Notes under the pieces: generated by a model
What the model was told of the DNA's origin: nothing
Seen by the model: the letters and a program-made list of their open reading frames with translations, nothing else
Database searches by the model: none
DNA from: Octopus bimaculoides
Taxonomy: Eukaryota
Assembly: GCF_001194135.2 (NCBI RefSeq)
Contig: NC_068994.1
Coordinates: 58,785,103 to 58,849,102 of the forward strand
Length of the DNA stretch: 64,000 nt
Direction: 5' to 3'
Translations under genes and position numbers: made by a program
Part shown: positions 60,849-64,000 of the stretch, in pieces
How positions within the stretch are numbered: the first letter of the stretch is position 1
Layout of the letters: every line of letters starts with the position of its first letter

Positions 60849-61197
60849 CATTATAGGGTCGTGCTGTGTGGGTTTGCTTATAAATTAAAGAATACTGCAG
60901 AAGGATTAAAAAAAAAAAGACTGTGAAAATGCTTGATGTGAGGCTCAACTTAATTCGACCTTGAACGTTTCATTCAAAAGCTTAACATAATTATAACAAT
61001 CTGTTGAAAGGAGCTCCTCTCACTTCACCCCCTTCACTTATTATCTCCCCTATCTAGTTTCAATTACAAGCCTGGGTTTCCCACCCTTTCAAAGGGTAGG
61101 AAATGGAAACTTGTCATTCACCCCCCCCCCACACACACACACTCGTATATACACATATGTCTCTCTCTCGATATGTATATATATATGTGTGTGTGTA

Positions 61198-61268
<71 letters not shown>

Positions 61269-61402
61269 GTACGTATGTATGTATGTATTTGAGAGGGTCA
61301 TTACACCAATATATGTATATATATCTTTATAATTGAATAGTCAAGAATGAGGACGTTAGACAGCTGCTTTGTACTCTAATACGTTCTTAACGGAATACAC
61401 TT

Positions 61403-61445
<43 letters not shown>

Positions 61446-62049
61446 ACACACACACACATATATATATACCTACGCCGCACCTAAATCCAATCCTGAGTCA
61501 GATCTACAGTTTCAATTGGATTTGGTACTTACATGTCTACAGTATCCTATCAACCCATGATACATTCATGGTTGTATTATGACGCTGTCCAAACTATGTT
61601 ATGGTACCTAGCCATTTCTAGCGTTGTATCTGTTGTTGCGCCTAGATTCTGTAACTAATACACACACACAGGCGCATGCACGCGTATACATACATGCACA
61701 AACACACACACACATATCTATATGTACAAACATACTGTGTACTCATGCTCCCAGAGATGTAATGCGCATAGATGCACTAAGACGCATTGCTGCACACGTA
61801 TGAATACTATTATATATATATATACATCTCAACATGTACATGCATACACAGGCACGAATACACAATATAGTATATCCTTAGATGCACTGCGGCACAGTTA
61901 AAGCTGAAACCCTTTGCACAGAGATTTCTAAATAATTGTTGATCTGAGGTTAACATTACACATACATGCAATACATATATACACACATATGTACATACAT
62001 TACATCCAACATATATACATAATCTCTATGTATGTTTGCATGTATATAT

Positions 62050-62111
<62 letters not shown>

Positions 62112-62113
<2 letters not shown>

Positions 62114-62250
62114 GGCGCAGGTATGGTTGTGTGGTTAAGAGACTCGCTTTGCAATTATGTGGTTTCGGTTTCAGTCCCACAGAGCGGTACCTTGGCCAAA
62201 AGTCATCTTCTATATTCCAGGCCTATTACTGCCTTGTGAGTGAATTTGGA
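62112..62250 (+). mobile_element. SINE family B, diverged 5' part
   Basis: GGCGCAGGTATGGTTGTGTGGTTAAGAG...TTCAGTCCCAC...ACCTTGGCCAAA...GCCTTGTGAGTGAATTTG. Confidence 0.8.
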
Positions 62251-62900
62251 CCGTCGGGGGTTTGTACTTTTACCTTGTATTTTAAATATTTTGGGGTCAG
62301 GGCCCCTTCATTCTACACGACAGAGAGGACAGCTCGCAACAGCATTTCTTCAAAGATCTCTTGAAGAAGATGTACTAATCCCCGAAATATTAAAATATAA
62401 GTTGAAAGTATAAAATACTTCTACCATTTTTTATGCCTCACATTGTTTGAAATATATATCAAACAATGAATCATGCAAATTATATAATTAGGTACATACA
62501 TACATATGTATATGTGTGTATGTGTATATATATACATACATACGTAAATACACAGACATACACACACACGCACGAACATACACACATACACATACATATA
62601 TATATATATATCCATGTGTTAAGCTAGTGTGTATGCAGACAAATTATATAGACACAAACACTTACACGGTTATACAATTTCACAAATACGTACATACATA
62701 CACGCACATACATGCATACGCATACATACCTACGTACATACATACACATTATGTCGCATTTATGTGTAAGTGCTTGCTTGTGTCTACATACATGTACTTT
62801 TATCTGTAACTGTATGAGTAGATACATGCACCCACATATATATGACATTATATTGCATTATATGTAAATATGTATATACATACATGCATATATATATACA

Positions 62901-62971
<71 letters not shown>

Positions 62972-63173
62972 CCCCACATATATATATATGCGTGCATACA
63001 TGCATATTGTTAATTAAGCCAGGCTTTGAATATAATTAAAAACATTATTTGTCGTACATTAATTTTAAGTTTGTATATTTTTACGCAAGCACACGCGCAA
63101 ATCTATATGCATACAATATGTATAATATACACGAATATATGTGTCTGTATATATATATGTATATATATATATG

Positions 63174-63205
<32 letters not shown>

Positions 63206-63239
63206 GATAGATAGATATTCATAGACACATGAATGCAGA

Positions 63240-63271
<32 letters not shown>

Positions 63272-63455
63272 CACTCTTATTCTTACTTGTTTCTGTCATT
63301 TGACTGCGGCCTTGCTGGAGCACCGCCTTCAGTTGAACAAATCGATCCCAGGACTTATTCTTTGTAAGCCTGGTACTTATTCTGTCGTTCACTTTTTGCC
63401 GAACCACTAAGTTAAAGTGACATCGGTTGTCAAGCGATGGGGGTGACAAACAAAT
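63272..63455 (-). mobile_element. SINE family B, 3' half (5' half probably in the gap)
   Basis: TTACTTGTTTC.GTCATTTGACTGCGGCC.TGCTGGAGCACCGCC...GGACTTATTCTTTGTAAGCCTGGTACTTATTC...GGTTGTCAAGCGATG. Confidence 0.88.
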
Positions 63456-64000
63456 ACACACACACACACACAAACACNNNNNNNNNNNNNNNNNNNNNNN
63501 NNNNNNNNNNNNNNNNNNNNNNNNNNNNNNNNNNNNNNNNNNNNNNNNNNNNNNNNNNNNNNNNNNNNNNNNNNNNNNNNNNNNNNNNNNNNNNNNNNNN
63601 NNNNNNNNNNNNNNNNNNNNNNNNNNNNNNNNNNNNNNNNNNNNNNNNNNNNNNNNNNNNNNNNNNNNNNNNNNNNNNNNNNNNNNNNNNNNNNNNNNNN
63701 NNNNNNNNNNNNNNNNNNNNNNNNNNNNNNNNNNNNNNNNNNNNNNNNNNNNNNNNNNNNNNNNNNNNNNNNNNNNNNNNNNNNNNNNNNNNNNNNNNNN
63801 NNNNNNNNNNNNNNNNNNNNNNNNNNNNNNNNNNNNNNNNNNNNNNNNNNNNNNNNNNNNNNNNNNNNNNNNNNNNNNNNNNNNNNNNNNNNNNNNNNNN
63901 NNNNNNNNNNNNNNNNNNNNNNNNNNNNNNNNNNNNNNNTATGTGCGTGTATAAAGATATGCATATATATATGTTGTTGTACTTGGGGATGATTAATCTT

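Overview
Eukaryotic, AT-rich, microsatellite-saturated draft-assembly DNA with many N-gaps, most of them starting or ending at simple repeats. The SINE families and repeat landscape look like a coleoid cephalopod, most likely Octopus (inference from sequence style, not a database hit). I found no complete protein-coding gene, rRNA, tRNA or CRISPR array, and almost all entries in the ORF track are microsatellite or N-run artefacts. What can be supported: (i) about 30 copies or fragments of four tRNA-headed SINE families; (ii) decayed Tc1/mariner transposases plus TA-flanked, pogo/Tigger-like and hAT MITEs with visible TIRs or TSDs; (iii) Penelope-like RT and GIY-YIG remnants, RLE-type (R4/Dong-like, CRE-like) and CR1/L2-like LINE fragments; (iv) minisatellites; (v) a few unverified micro-exon and promoter candidates. 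The best leads are hammerhead-ribozyme-like core motifs in unusual (type II) order, a head-to-head SINE pair sharing private variants that would fold into a long hairpin, a 400-bp inverted repeat pair bracketing a Tc1 remnant, SINEs embedded in (ATT)n tracts, and a phase-consistent chain of minus-strand micro-exons. All protein and motif assignments were made by eye, without HMM or BLAST searches.
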